Below, one piece after another: positions 17,144-26,437 of a stretch of 42,687 nucleotides of DNA; within the stretch, counting starts at the first letter, position 1; each line of letters starts with the position of its first letter. Under the pieces are notes generated by a model. The model worked only from the letters and a program-made list of their open reading frames with translations. It was not told where the DNA came from and ran no database searches. The stretch spans positions 1 through 42,687 of the forward strand of contig JBBDTI010000033.1 of assembly GCA_040904565.1 (NCBI GenBank). Direction: 5' to 3'. Source of the DNA: Rhodothermales bacterium. Its GTDB lineage: Bacteria; Bacteroidota; Rhodothermia; Rhodothermales; VXPQ01. The translations under genes and the position numbers were made by a program.

Positions 17144-18882
17144 GTTCCCCCCGAATCAGTGACGGCACTACCGGACGGCTCTTCCTCGATCCGCACGAAC
17201 TGGTTGATCGGTATATTTTCCAGCACCTGTACGGTCCCCGACGGCCAGCGAATCTCGATTCGATCGACGATCTCCGCCTTTCCGAGCCCGAAATGCATGC
17301 GCGGGTCGTTCGTCGAGAGGTATCCGCCGGCACTTTCTTTAGGTGCGGACTGCACCTTTCCTCCGGCCGTCACTTCTACGAGGGCACCGACTCCGTCGCG
17401 GTTGCTCTCGCTACCGGCGAGCGCCACGGTGATCCAATGGTTGCCCTGGAGGTTCTCGTTCCTGAGCAGGACGGCCCGTTCGTTCAGGTTGACGATAAGA
17501 ACGTCCACGTCCCCGTCGTTATCATAGTCGCCGAAGGCCGCACCGCGAGAGACCCATTCAGACTGGAAGTGCCGGCCACTTTCGATCGAGACATCCAGGA
17601 AGGACCCGTCCCCCTGATTCTCGAAGAGCTGATCCTCATGCCCAAAGAGGTGATTCAAATCCCCATTGACCTTGAAGATGTCTACGTCCCCGTCGTTATC
17701 GTAGTCCATGAAGGAGGAGCCCCATCCGTCGTACTGGCCGCTGAAAGCCGCGATGCCGGAGGGTACCGTAACGTCGGAGAAGAGTCCGCCGCCTTCATTG
17801 CGGTACAGCGCACTAAAGTGAATGTCGCTGACGAAGAGATCCGGCCGGCCGTCTCCATCGTAGTCGGCGAAGTCGACAGCCATACTGGAGGTTTCTTCTC
17901 CTCCTTCACTGAAGGCAACGCCGGAACGATAACTGACGTCATCAAAACGACGTCCGAGGTCGTTGCGAAAGAGATAGTTGGCCATCGCATCATTGGCAAC
18001 GTAGATGTCGACGTATCCGTCTCTGTCGTAGTCGGCGGCGGCAACGCCCATCATGCGACCTTCGGGGCGGTAAAGCCCCATCTCCTTGGTGACGTCGGCA
18101 AAGGTGCCGTCACCACGGTTGCGGTATAGGACATCGGGCTGTCCGGCATAGGACGTTGGAGGAGGAAAGGCATCCGGAGCATAGTAAGAGGTGTACTCGG
18201 CGTCGTATTCGAGATAGTTTCCTACGTACAGGTCGAGGTGCCCGTCGTTGTCAAAATCGAGCCAGACTGCTCCTACGGTATTAGCGTCACCTCGAAGGCC
18301 GGCCTTCTTCGCCACGTCGGTGAACGTGCCGTCCCCATTGTTTCTGAAGAGCACGTTCGGCCCGTAGTTGCACTGAAGGATGTCCGGGTAGCCGTCGTTG
18401 TCGTAATCAGCCACGGCCACACCCATCCCGAAGCCTTTCTCGTCGGCTACTCCCGCACGATGCGTCACGTCCTCGAAGTATGCGCCCTCGTGATTCCGAT
18501 ACAGCCGGTTGCGGGGTAGTTGCGACGGCCGCTCGCCCGAGCTCACAGACTCCATAAACGTATTGTTGGCGATGTAGACGTCCATCCAGCCGTCTTGATC
18601 GTAGTCCAGGAAAGCCGCTCCGCTGCCCACCGTCTCGACAATGTTTGATAGATCGCCGTCTCCGATCGAGTGAACGATGTCAACGCCGACGTATTCGGTC
18701 ACGTCGACGAAGTAGGCGCCTTCTTCGCTCGGAGCTGGTCCGCGGTCGGTCGGACCGGTCATGGTCGCGTGCTCGGACGACGGCGTGCAGCCGGCCGTGG
18801 CAAGCGCGACCATCAATAGCACGCCGGACATCGAGAGCGCAACGCGCGTGTCGCAGGCAGACGGGGACGTTATCAGGGACAT
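17137..18882 (-). CDS. CRTAC1-family protein (FG-GAP/VCBS Ca-binding repeats plus ASPIC/UnbV domain), probable lipoprotein
   Basis: Repeated DYDxDGxxD motifs; SNRDGVGALVEV, GYLSTNDPRMHFGLG, IEIRWPSG; ATAGC lipobox-like motif. Start uncertain (18882 or 18831). Confidence 0.9.
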   Translation of the reverse strand: MSLITSPSACDTRVALSMSGVLLMVALATAGCTPSSEHATMTGPTDRGPAPSEEGAYFVDVTEYVGVDIVHSIGDGDLSNIVETVGSGAAFLDYDQDGWMDVYIANNTFMESVSSGERPSQLPRNRLYRNHEGAYFEDVTHRAGVADEKGFGMGVAVADYDNDGYPDILQCNYGPNVLFRNNGDGTFTDVAKKAGLRGDANTVGAVWLDFDNDGHLDLYVGNYLEYDAEYTSYYAPDAFPPPTSYAGQPDVLYRNRGDGTFADVTKEMGLYRPEGRMMGVAAADYDRDGYVDIYVANDAMANYLFRNDLGRRFDDVSYRSGVAFSEGGEETSSMAVDFADYDGDGRPDLFVSDIHFSALYRNEGGGLFSDVTVPSGIAAFSGQYDGWGSSFMDYDNDGDVDIFKVNGDLNHLFGHEDQLFENQGDGSFLDVSIESGRHFQSEWVSRGAAFGDYDNDGDVDVLIVNLNERAVLLRNENLQGNHWITVALAGSESNRDGVGALVEVTAGGKVQSAPKESAGGYLSTNDPRMHFGLGKAEIVDRIEIRWPSGTVQVLENIPINQFVRIEEEPSGSAVTDSGGTW

Positions 18883-19195
18883 CTTCAGCAAACAGGTAGA
18901 AGATAGATGCGCGTGCACCGGGATCGGCTAGATCTCAGGATGGCAGACTGGACGGGACGCCGGCTCGGCGGGCATCAAACGAATCTCGCGACTGTGTCGA
19001 TTGAAGCCTATCGAAAGTATCGCTGCAATCCTGTGGAGGAATTACGCGATCCGATGTAGGATAATGGACCACATCACGGCGCACGGTTTCCGTCCGAAAT
19101 CGCCGGCGAAGCTGGGATCCGTCGCCGCACCTGGATACTCGCCTGCGGTCGTTCACCGTTCCGAGGGTCTCACAAGCAGAGAAAAGAGCTCTTCG

Positions 19196-19244
19196 TGTCA
19201 CGTCTCCGTGAATCCAGCCTAGATGCTGTCACACGAACGTGACG
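19196..19244. promoter_or_regulatory. Paired palindromic enhancer (UAS) candidates for a sigma54 activator
   Basis: TGTCAC-N6-GTGAAT (19196-19213) and TGTCAC-N6-GTGACG (19227-19244), 31 bp apart, about 120-170 bp upstream of the -24 element. Confidence 0.55.
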
Positions 19245-19365
19245 CTTCGCGGTCCGTCGAAGGCGTCGCGACGGCCGATCTGTAAAAATAAATCCACTCA
19301 AGATTTCATATAAACTCTTGTACATCATATAGTTATGGTGATGATATTGTGTGCTTAATATTGCA

Positions 19366-19381
19366 TTGGCACGCCGGTTGC
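19366..19381 (+). promoter_or_regulatory. Sigma54 (RpoN) -24/-12 promoter
   Basis: TTGGCACGCCGGTTGC fits the consensus TGGCAC-N5-TTGC; preceded by an AT-rich tract; a GAFTGA activator is encoded downstream. Confidence 0.85.
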
Positions 19382-19413
19382 GGGGGGTGATGTGTAGCTC
19401 CGCAAGGAAAGCA

Positions 19414-19869
19414 ATGCACAGAACCACACAAGATTGGCACCCCATGAAGGTCATTGGACACATAAAGTCACGTTGGATCGCGGCAGGCGTCATCGCGCTC
19501 GCTGCCGTTTTTCTATCACCCGCAGATAGTCGCGCGCAGTCTGTACCGGACGGCGAGGTGATCGATGTCAAAATGGTTGACAACGGCGGCGGGCAGTGGC
19601 GATTCGAACCGGCGTATATCGCCGCGCAGCCCGGAGATCTCGTGCGGTTCGTGCAGGAGGATGTCGTGCCCCACAACGTGGAATTCAAGCAGTCTCCGGA
19701 GGGTACCGACCTCGGTGATGCTAGAGTCGGGCCGCTCATCTTCACGAAGGGGGAAGCGTACGAGCTTGCCATCGACGATCGATTTGCATCCGGTGAGCAC
19801 GAATACGTGTGCACGCCGCACGCGACTATGGGAATGAAGGGCATCATCATGGTCCGGGACGTCCCCTAA
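19414..19869 (+). CDS. Plastocyanin/azurin/halocyanin-family type-1 blue copper protein
   Basis: Signal peptide ending SRA-Q; FEPAYIAAQPGDLVRF, PHNVEF, YVCTPHATMGM (His, Cys, His, Met ligands). Start 19414 (AAGGA RBS) or 19444. Confidence 0.92.
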   Translation: MHRTTQDWHPMKVIGHIKSRWIAAGVIALAAVFLSPADSRAQSVPDGEVIDVKMVDNGGGQWRFEPAYIAAQPGDLVRFVQEDVVPHNVEFKQSPEGTDLGDARVGPLIFTKGEAYELAIDDRFASGEHEYVCTPHATMGMKGIIMVRDVP

Positions 19870-19920
19870 CAGGCCGCCACGAAATAATACACCACCTAAC
19901 TCTATAGGGAGGCAACCGCC

Positions 19921-20670
19921 ATGCGTATACGCACAATGATACTCACGATCGCGCTCGGACTCTTTTTGATGGCCGGCTGCTCGGAGAATCCGACGGCCGT
20001 GGAGGAGGAAGACGGACATGAAGACCTTTCGGTCGAGCTATCTCTTTCGGATGACCACATCCACACGCTGTCCCCCATCACGTTCACCGTAGCGGTGCAC
20101 GACGCACACGGCGCGGCGTTTACCGCCTTCGATACGTTGCGCGTGGAGCGTCAGGTGGCAGGAGAAGACACGTGGAGAGCGACTGACCTGATCCCGTCAG
20201 GCGGTATGTTTACCGGCGAATACATGTTCATGTCGTCAGGATCCTACCACCTACGCGTGGCCGGTCGTACGCACGACCACGGCCATATGGAGGTCCTCCA
20301 CGCGATGCATGAGCCGATTGAAGTAGCGCGTGCCCACGAGGTCGCGGGCGGGTACCGCGTCGAGTTCGAAAATTATCCCGGCCACGTGCATGAAGGGCAG
20401 GAGGCCACGATGAAGTTCTGGATACTGGAAGCAGAACGAGACGACGACGGCGTCCGTGCGCCCATTGAGGGTCTGGAGGTGACGATCAACTGCGAGGACG
20501 CAAGTGGCAAGCAGGAGAGCCACACGCCGGAAGAATCGGAGCCTGGCGTATACGAGGCGACGCACACGTTCGACGGCAACGGTGAGGCGCATCTGAGCAT
20601 CAGCTATCCAGGTACGGATGGAGAGGTAGCTGAGGCCGATTTCCATATACCGGTAGCGCACGGTCACTAA
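19921..20670 (+). CDS. His-rich lipoprotein with two Ig-like (YtkA/FixH-like) domains
   Basis: GGAGG RBS; lipobox LMAGC; ESEPGVYEATHTF YtkA-like motif; His clusters HDAH, THDHGH and terminal AHGH. Confidence 0.7.
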   Translation: MRIRTMILTIALGLFLMAGCSENPTAVEEEDGHEDLSVELSLSDDHIHTLSPITFTVAVHDAHGAAFTAFDTLRVERQVAGEDTWRATDLIPSGGMFTGEYMFMSSGSYHLRVAGRTHDHGHMEVLHAMHEPIEVARAHEVAGGYRVEFENYPGHVHEGQEATMKFWILEAERDDDGVRAPIEGLEVTINCEDASGKQESHTPEESEPGVYEATHTFDGNGEAHLSISYPGTDGEVAEADFHIPVAHGH

Positions 20671-20734
20671 CCCAAACGTTCGGTCCGACCGAAACGTCAT
20701 CACGATGCCGTCAATCTCAAAGATGCTTCCAGCC

Positions 20735-21913
20735 ATGAAAGCCTTACGCTTCCCGCGCGTCGTCGCCGTGTTCCTCTCGATCGCTATCATCGTCGTGCAG
20801 GTGGCGACGGCGCAAACACAGGGAGAACCGGCACCTCTCGCGAATTTCGTGGTCGCGGGGTACGGCTCGGCGACCTACGGCGCCGTCACGTCCGAAGATC
20901 TGTCGAACGACTTCACGGCCGCCGTCTCGCCGGTCATGCTCTACAGCATGGGATCGGACCTGCTCTTCGAGACGGAGCTGGAGTTCGGGCTGAGCGGGCA
21001 GGCCACCACGACGGCCCTCGAGTATGCGCAGGTCGACTACCTCGGCTTCAACCGCGTACAGCTGATCGCGGGCAAATTTCTGATGCCGTTCGGCGTGTTC
21101 ACGGAGCGGTTTCACCCGTCGTGGATCAACAAAATGCCGACGGCCCCGCTACTCTATGGGCACGCTCACGGCGGAGTGGCGGAAGGCGCGCTGCTCCCGA
21201 TGCTTTCCGATGCGGGTGTGCTCGTTCGAGCGAAGCAGCCCGTCGGCGGCGCGTGGTCGCTGGACGTATCCGCGTGGGTGACCCAGGGTCCGCGCCTGGT
21301 CGAAGCCGGTGCGGGCGGGGACGACCACGCGGAAGAAGCAGACGACGGGCACGCCCACAAAGTCGGCGGCGTCCTCGACGAGGACCACGGCGAGGAGCTC
21401 TCGGCGAGTGATCTGACCATTCCTGACGTAGGATTCGGCGTCGCGTTCGCCGACAACAATAAGAACAAGCTGATTGGGGGGCGTGTAGGGGTCGTCCATG
21501 GGCCACGGTTCGAGTCGTACGTATCCGGTTTCTACGCCATGTACGATGACGAGAGCTTTCTCCACATCTACGGGCTCAATTACTCGTTGGACGTGCAGTC
21601 CGCGGGCTTCGAGTTGCACGGCGAGGCCACGGTCCTGCACCAGGAGTTTCCAACCGATACCGGTTACGACGAATTCGCCAGGTGGGGCTATTACGCTCAG
21701 GTGTCCCGTCGCGTAGGATCATTCGAACCGGTTGTCCGGTGGTCGCAACTGGCCGAATCCGAGGTGCGCGGCGTCGTCGCGTTCGAGGACCGGCAGGAGT
21801 TCGCCGCCGGGCTGAATTTCTGGATCAGCCCGTCGGTCCCGGTGAAGGTGGCCTACGCGTTGGATTCTAACGGCGACGATCGAATTCTCGTACAGTGGGC
21901 TTTTGGTTTTTAG
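20735..21913 (+). CDS. Outer-membrane beta-barrel porin (OprO/P-like) with His-rich loops
   Basis: Signal peptide; FETELEF, LEYAQVDY, AGKFLMPFG, DNNKNKLIGGRVG; ends QWAFGF; loops GHAHGG and DDHAEEADDGHAH. Start 20705-20735. Confidence 0.8.
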   Translation: MKALRFPRVVAVFLSIAIIVVQVATAQTQGEPAPLANFVVAGYGSATYGAVTSEDLSNDFTAAVSPVMLYSMGSDLLFETELEFGLSGQATTTALEYAQVDYLGFNRVQLIAGKFLMPFGVFTERFHPSWINKMPTAPLLYGHAHGGVAEGALLPMLSDAGVLVRAKQPVGGAWSLDVSAWVTQGPRLVEAGAGGDDHAEEADDGHAHKVGGVLDEDHGEELSASDLTIPDVGFGVAFADNNKNKLIGGRVGVVHGPRFESYVSGFYAMYDDESFLHIYGLNYSLDVQSAGFELHGEATVLHQEFPTDTGYDEFARWGYYAQVSRRVGSFEPVVRWSQLAESEVRGVVAFEDRQEFAAGLNFWISPSVPVKVAYALDSNGDDRILVQWAFGF

Positions 21914-21938
21914 AATTGGCTAGAGCACGGAGGACGCC

Positions 21939-22415
21939 ATGCGTATCCTGATTTCGTTCCTGATTACACTTTTCGTCGCTGCCGCCGGTTCGTTCGGTGC
22001 ACGGGCTCAGGACATGGAGCTCGTCATGGACGGTGCGCGGTACTGGTCGCAGAACTGCACGCGCTGCCACAACGCCCGATCGCCCCTCGAGAGAACTGAC
22101 CGAGAATGGGTCACCATCGTCCAGCATATGCGAGCTCGCGGAAATCTCACCCGGACGGAGGCCGTGGCCGTTTCGGCTTTTCTCAAGTCATCCAACGGTA
22201 TTCCGTCCAACGACGCGCCATCCAACGAATCCGAGTCCCCGGAATCCCCCGTGAGCGACAATATCCCGCCGTCGTCCGACGCGCAAGATGGATCCAGGAC
22301 ATCGACCGATCGAGCCGAGTCGCCTCTAAACCAGGCCGATCGAATGGGTACGTCGCCGGAGCAGGTCGAACCTTACGAGTTGCGGCAGGTTCGCGCATTT
22401 CTCCAGGAATGGTAG
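21939..22415 (+). CDS. Exported monoheme cytochrome c with an acidic, Ser/Pro-rich tail
   Basis: GGAGG RBS; signal peptide; GARYWSQNCTRCHN and EWVTIVQHMR (likely distal Met). Confidence 0.88.
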   Translation: MRILISFLITLFVAAAGSFGARAQDMELVMDGARYWSQNCTRCHNARSPLERTDREWVTIVQHMRARGNLTRTEAVAVSAFLKSSNGIPSNDAPSNESESPESPVSDNIPPSSDAQDGSRTSTDRAESPLNQADRMGTSPEQVEPYELRQVRAFLQEW

Positions 22416-22594
22416 AGACTGCTGCTGAGGGGGGATGATCGATGACGTGTGGGGAATTTCCCCCGGTACGATTGGGGAGTGGCCCCTCAGCATTACTACG
22501 GCGTTCGGTTAGATTTACGTAAGATAGTTCCGCCCGAACTGCGGAGCCCGATCCTAACCGCGGGGCCCGATTCCCCCAATCCGCCACAAAGACC

Positions 22595-24649
22595 ATGGAT
22601 CCGATCGAACAACATTCGAGGAGGGTCTCCTCAGGCTCGATAGAGCGTGCATCGTCTGAGGCGGAAGCAGGCGAACCGCTGTCACTGACCCGGCCGGTAC
22701 TCGAAGCGCTTGCCGCGGCCATCGTCGTCTTCCTCCTTTATGAGATCGTCGAGTGGCTCTGGCTTTCCGATGTCGACATGCGTACCACGCATCTCCTTCA
22801 TCGGGGCCGGGAGTTTCTGGTCGCCGTCGTCGTGGCCGTGGTCGCCGGGCGGTCCGCATTTGGGCGGTCATTCACGCTCCTGGCAACGCCTCTTTCACTG
22901 AGCCGGGCATCTCGGCATGCGCCTCCGTCGACCTCTTCGCCTCACAGGGCGTACGTGCAGTGGTTCATCCTTATGCGATGGATTGCGATCGTGGCCGCAT
23001 CAGTGCTCGTGTTCGTCGCCGTCCAGATCGTCGGCTGGCTCCCGGGGGACGTGTGGTATCCGCTCCTCGGCACGATAGCGGGCCTCGCCGTCGCAAACGC
23101 GATTTATACATTTTTACTGCAGCTGGGGACGGACCTCCGCGTCCTGCTTGCAGGGCAGGCGTACGCCGATCTTATCTTCCTGACCTTCTTGCTTCATTTT
23201 TCCGGCGGCGTCGAGAACCCCCTGTCGCTGATCATGATCTTTCACGTGATCATCGCGGGCATCGTATTGTCTCGCCGCCAGTGTTTTGCGATTGCCGCGG
23301 CCGCCGCTCTGCTGTTTGCGGCCCTGGCGGGGGCCGAGCTCACTGGGATGGTGGACCACTACACGCTGCAGGTATTTCCTCACGTGGACGACCACGGAAG
23401 TACGACGCATGCGGCCCATTCGGGACTCTTTGTGGGAAGCTACATCGGACTCCAGGCAGGGATTCTGCTTTTGACGGCGGTGTTCGTCACGTCACTTGCC
23501 GAGCGGCTACGATACGACGAGAAGAAGCTGGAGGAGATGGCCGATACCGCACTGACGCAGAGGCAGATGCTAGAGCGCGCACTGGAAACGACAGGTACGG
23601 GGCTCTGCGTCCGAGATCGTCGCCTGGAGCCGCTGCGCATCAACGGAAATGCCCGGGGTAAATCAGGCAGCGAACTGATCGGTTCCAAGTTACCGTGGCC
23701 GCTGCCGAACGCTGATACACCTGCGCAATTGACGCTCCAGGACGGCGCGCTCCGAGTTACAGAGACGACGCTTGCCGAACATACGTCGCCGGCAACGTCA
23801 CATACGGAATCAAGAGGTCGAACCATCCAGCTTACGACGGCTCCCCTCCACGGCCGGGACGGGCACGTTACGCACGTCGTTCAGTTGCTGAGAGACGTCA
23901 CGGACCAGAAGTCCGCCCAGGCCCAGATGCTCCGCGCCGGACAGCTTGCGGCGGTGGGTGAACTGGCGGGGCAGGTGGCGCATGAGGTCAACAACCCGAT
24001 CGGCATCATCAGCGCCAAGGCGCGGCTGTTACTTTCCGATCATCGCCGCGAGATGTCGGAACGCACGGCGGAGGAGCTGAAAAAGATCGTGGAGCTCGCA
24101 GACCGGGTGGCGCAGGTAGCACGGGGGCTGCTTTCCCACAGCCGGCCCTCACTGGGTGACCAGCGGCGGGTCGACGCGGCGACCTGCGTTCGCAGGGCAC
24201 TATCGATGGTCGACCAGCGTGCGGCCTCGCAGGGCATCCACGTCGACGACTTCGTGCCGCATCACATGCCAAAGGTGCGAGCCAATGCCCAGGAACTCGA
24301 GCAAGTATTATTGAACCTCTTGATCAATGCGATGGATGCCATGCCCGACGGCGGGACGTTGACCCTGTCCGCCGTCCCGAACGGAGGCCGTAACGCAGAC
24401 GAGCCCGGTTTCGTCTCAATCAGTGTCGAAGACACAGGGGTCGGTATTCCGTCGGAGGTCCGGGACGACGTGTTCGAACCCTTTTTCACGACAAAACCTC
24501 CGGGACAGGGGACCGGTCTCGGTCTTTCTATCTGCCGGGGGCTGGTAATGAGCTACGGCGGGAATATGGTAATCGAGAGCCAGGAACATGTCGGGACCCG
24601 CGTCACCGTGAACATTCCGATCCAGTCAGAGGAGGCTGATTATGGTTGA
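22595..24649 (+). CDS. NtrB-type multi-TM sensor histidine kinase with a PAS-like region
   Basis: About eight TM segments including HFSGGVENP; H-box [10 protein letters not shown]; [28 protein letters not shown]. Confidence 0.9.
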   Translation: MDPIEQHSRRVSSGSIERASSEAEAGEPLSLTRPVLEALAAAIVVFLLYEIVEWLWLSDVDMRTTHLLHRGREFLVAVVVAVVAGRSAFGRSFTLLATPLSLSRASRHAPPSTSSPHRAYVQWFILMRWIAIVAASVLVFVAVQIVGWLPGDVWYPLLGTIAGLAVANAIYTFLLQLGTDLRVLLAGQAYADLIFLTFLLHFSGGVENPLSLIMIFHVIIAGIVLSRRQCFAIAAAAALLFAALAGAELTGMVDHYTLQVFPHVDDHGSTTHAAHSGLFVGSYIGLQAGILLLTAVFVTSLAERLRYDEKKLEEMADTALTQRQMLERALETTGTGLCVRDRRLEPLRINGNARGKSGSELIGSKLPWPLPNADTPAQLTLQDGALRVTETTLAEHTSPATSHTESRGRTIQLTTAPLHGRDGHVTHVVQLLRDVTDQKSAQAQMLRAGQLAAVGELAGQVAHEVNNPIGIISAKARLLLSDHRREMSERTAEELKKIVELADRVAQVARGLLSHSRPSLGDQRRVDAATCVRRALSMVDQRAASQGIHVDDFVPHHMPKVRANAQELEQVLLNLLINAMDAMPDGGTLTLSAVPNGGRNADEPGFVSISVEDTGVGIPSEVRDDVFEPFFTTKPPGQGTGLGLSICRGLVMSYGGNMVIESQEHVGTRVTVNIPIQSEEADYG

Positions 24650-26030
24650 CATGCGCGTTCTCATTGTTGATGACGAAGCCGGCATGCTCGAGGTGTGCGG
24701 CGACACGCTGCGCAAGCTTCCGCGGACGGACATAGTGCTGGAGCAGGACAGCAACCATGCGGCCGAGCGGATCAAGGAGGAACACTGGGATCTTCTCGTC
24801 GCCGACATCCGCATGCCAGGGCTGAGTGGCGTGGATCTGCTGCGGTTGGTGCACGAGCATGCATCCGACATCGACGTGCTCATGATAACGGCCTTCCCCA
24901 GCGTCGATTCGGCTGTTGAGTCGATGAAGCTCGGGGCGGCCGACTATCTGACAAAGCCGTTTCTTCCGGACGAACTCCGCTCGGCGGTTCGGCGCATTCT
25001 CGATAACCGGCGCCTCCGGCAGGAAAATATGCTCCTCAAGCGGCAGCTGGAGCGTCCGTATTCATTCGGGGAAATGATCGGACAGAGCGATGCCATGCTC
25101 TCGGTTTTCGATACCGTAGAACGCGTGGCGGCTACGGACGTCGACGTACTCATCCAGGGCGAGACGGGAACGGGAAAGGAACTGGTCGCGCGGGCGATTC
25201 ACACACACGGAGGTCGAAAGGAGAAGCCGTTCGTCCCGGTCGACTGCGGAGCCATCCCCGAGGATCTCCTCGAAAGTGAGTTTTTTGGGCACGAGCGAGG
25301 AGCATTTACCGGAGCCACCAGGAGGAGTATGGGATTGATGGAGTATGCGAGCGGGGGCACGCTCTTGCTGGACGAGGTGGGCGAGCTGCCGATCCACCTG
25401 CAGGCCAAGCTCCTTCGAGCCATCCAGGAACGCCGCGTTCGACGCGTCGGCGGCAACAGCGAGATCGACGTCGACGTACGCATCGTGGCGGCCACGTCTC
25501 GCGACCTGGACGAAGAGGTTCGGCACGACCGCTTTCGGTCGGATCTCTATTACCGAATCAACGTCGTGCGAATCGACCTGCCTCCCCTGCGCGAACGGCT
25601 GGACGATATCCCGGCGCTTCTGCGTCACTTCCTGCAGCGCTACGCGCGAGAGATGGGACGCGAGGATGTCGAGATGGATACGTCCGCCGCCGAAGTCCTG
25701 GCCAGCTACTCGTGGCCGGGCAACGTGCGTGAGCTGCAAAACGTCGTCAAGCGAATGCTTGCCATGGCACCGGATTCAACCATTAGCATCAACGACCTCC
25801 CAGCAGAGATCCGGGGCGAGGCGGGCTGCGACGGAGAGGCCGGCCAGCCCGGCTTCTTCGACCTCCGTGATCGTCAGCTGGAGGCTTTCGAGCGACGGTA
25901 TCTGGGGAATCTCCTGGAAACCAACGGTGGCGACGTCACCGCGGCCGCGTCCGAAGCCGAGGTGCCCCGGGGTACCTTTTACCGGCTGCTTAACAAACAC
26001 GGAATTACGCCGTCGGATTACCGGAATTGA
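24642..26030 (+). CDS. Sigma54-dependent NtrC-family response regulator (REC-AAA+-Fis HTH)
   Basis: LIVDDE, DIRMPG, GETGTGKE, ESEFFGHERGAFTGA, LDEVGE, WPGNVREL; overlaps the kinase stop codon. Confidence 0.95.
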   Translation: MVDMRVLIVDDEAGMLEVCGDTLRKLPRTDIVLEQDSNHAAERIKEEHWDLLVADIRMPGLSGVDLLRLVHEHASDIDVLMITAFPSVDSAVESMKLGAADYLTKPFLPDELRSAVRRILDNRRLRQENMLLKRQLERPYSFGEMIGQSDAMLSVFDTVERVAATDVDVLIQGETGTGKELVARAIHTHGGRKEKPFVPVDCGAIPEDLLESEFFGHERGAFTGATRRSMGLMEYASGGTLLLDEVGELPIHLQAKLLRAIQERRVRRVGGNSEIDVDVRIVAATSRDLDEEVRHDRFRSDLYYRINVVRIDLPPLRERLDDIPALLRHFLQRYAREMGREDVEMDTSAAEVLASYSWPGNVRELQNVVKRMLAMAPDSTISINDLPAEIRGEAGCDGEAGQPGFFDLRDRQLEAFERRYLGNLLETNGGDVTAAASEAEVPRGTFYRLLNKHGITPSDYRN

Positions 26031-26437
26031 GTGGAAGCCGTCGACGAAGAGCATCAAGACGATCGCACGCATCTGAGTGCCGGCAAAACTCGGACCTGCA
26101 GTGTTTTCAAAACCGAGGAAGCTCGATGGCCAACGACCACCGGGATCGACAGGCGCGCACGGTTCTCGCCGCGGCCTCGGGCACACGACGCCGCTGTTTG
26201 AGGTGGTAGGATGGGTCCGAGCAGCGGCTGCGTGAGGGACGAGGGCCACGATCCTCCCGTCAGGCACGCTTGGCGAAGGCCGGAGGCCGTCAGGATCCGC
26301 ATCCTTTTTTCTTTCCATGCGGCGTACTCTGCCGTGCTTCGGATCTCGGAGAGAGCCGGGCGATCCCACATGGACGATGCTCGTGACCGTTCCATCATCT
26401 CTTGCGGAGGGGCGTGAGACTGCGTAATATTGCTACT

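Noticed and set aside
9202-18882. Calling the cluster true anammox hzsABC
   Set aside because: The alpha-like protein is short, has one heme and lacks the Tyr at His+4; no other anammox genes are in the window and the host markers are not planctomycete-like. Only architectural similarity is supported.
20735-22415. Cyc2 iron oxidase call
   Set aside because: The porin has no N-terminal CxxCH and the cytochrome is a separate gene with its own RBS and signal peptide.
26031-26437. Possible gene or ncRNA between the NtrC-type regulator and the sulfatase
   Set aside because: Several short ORFs but no motif, RBS or structure I can support.
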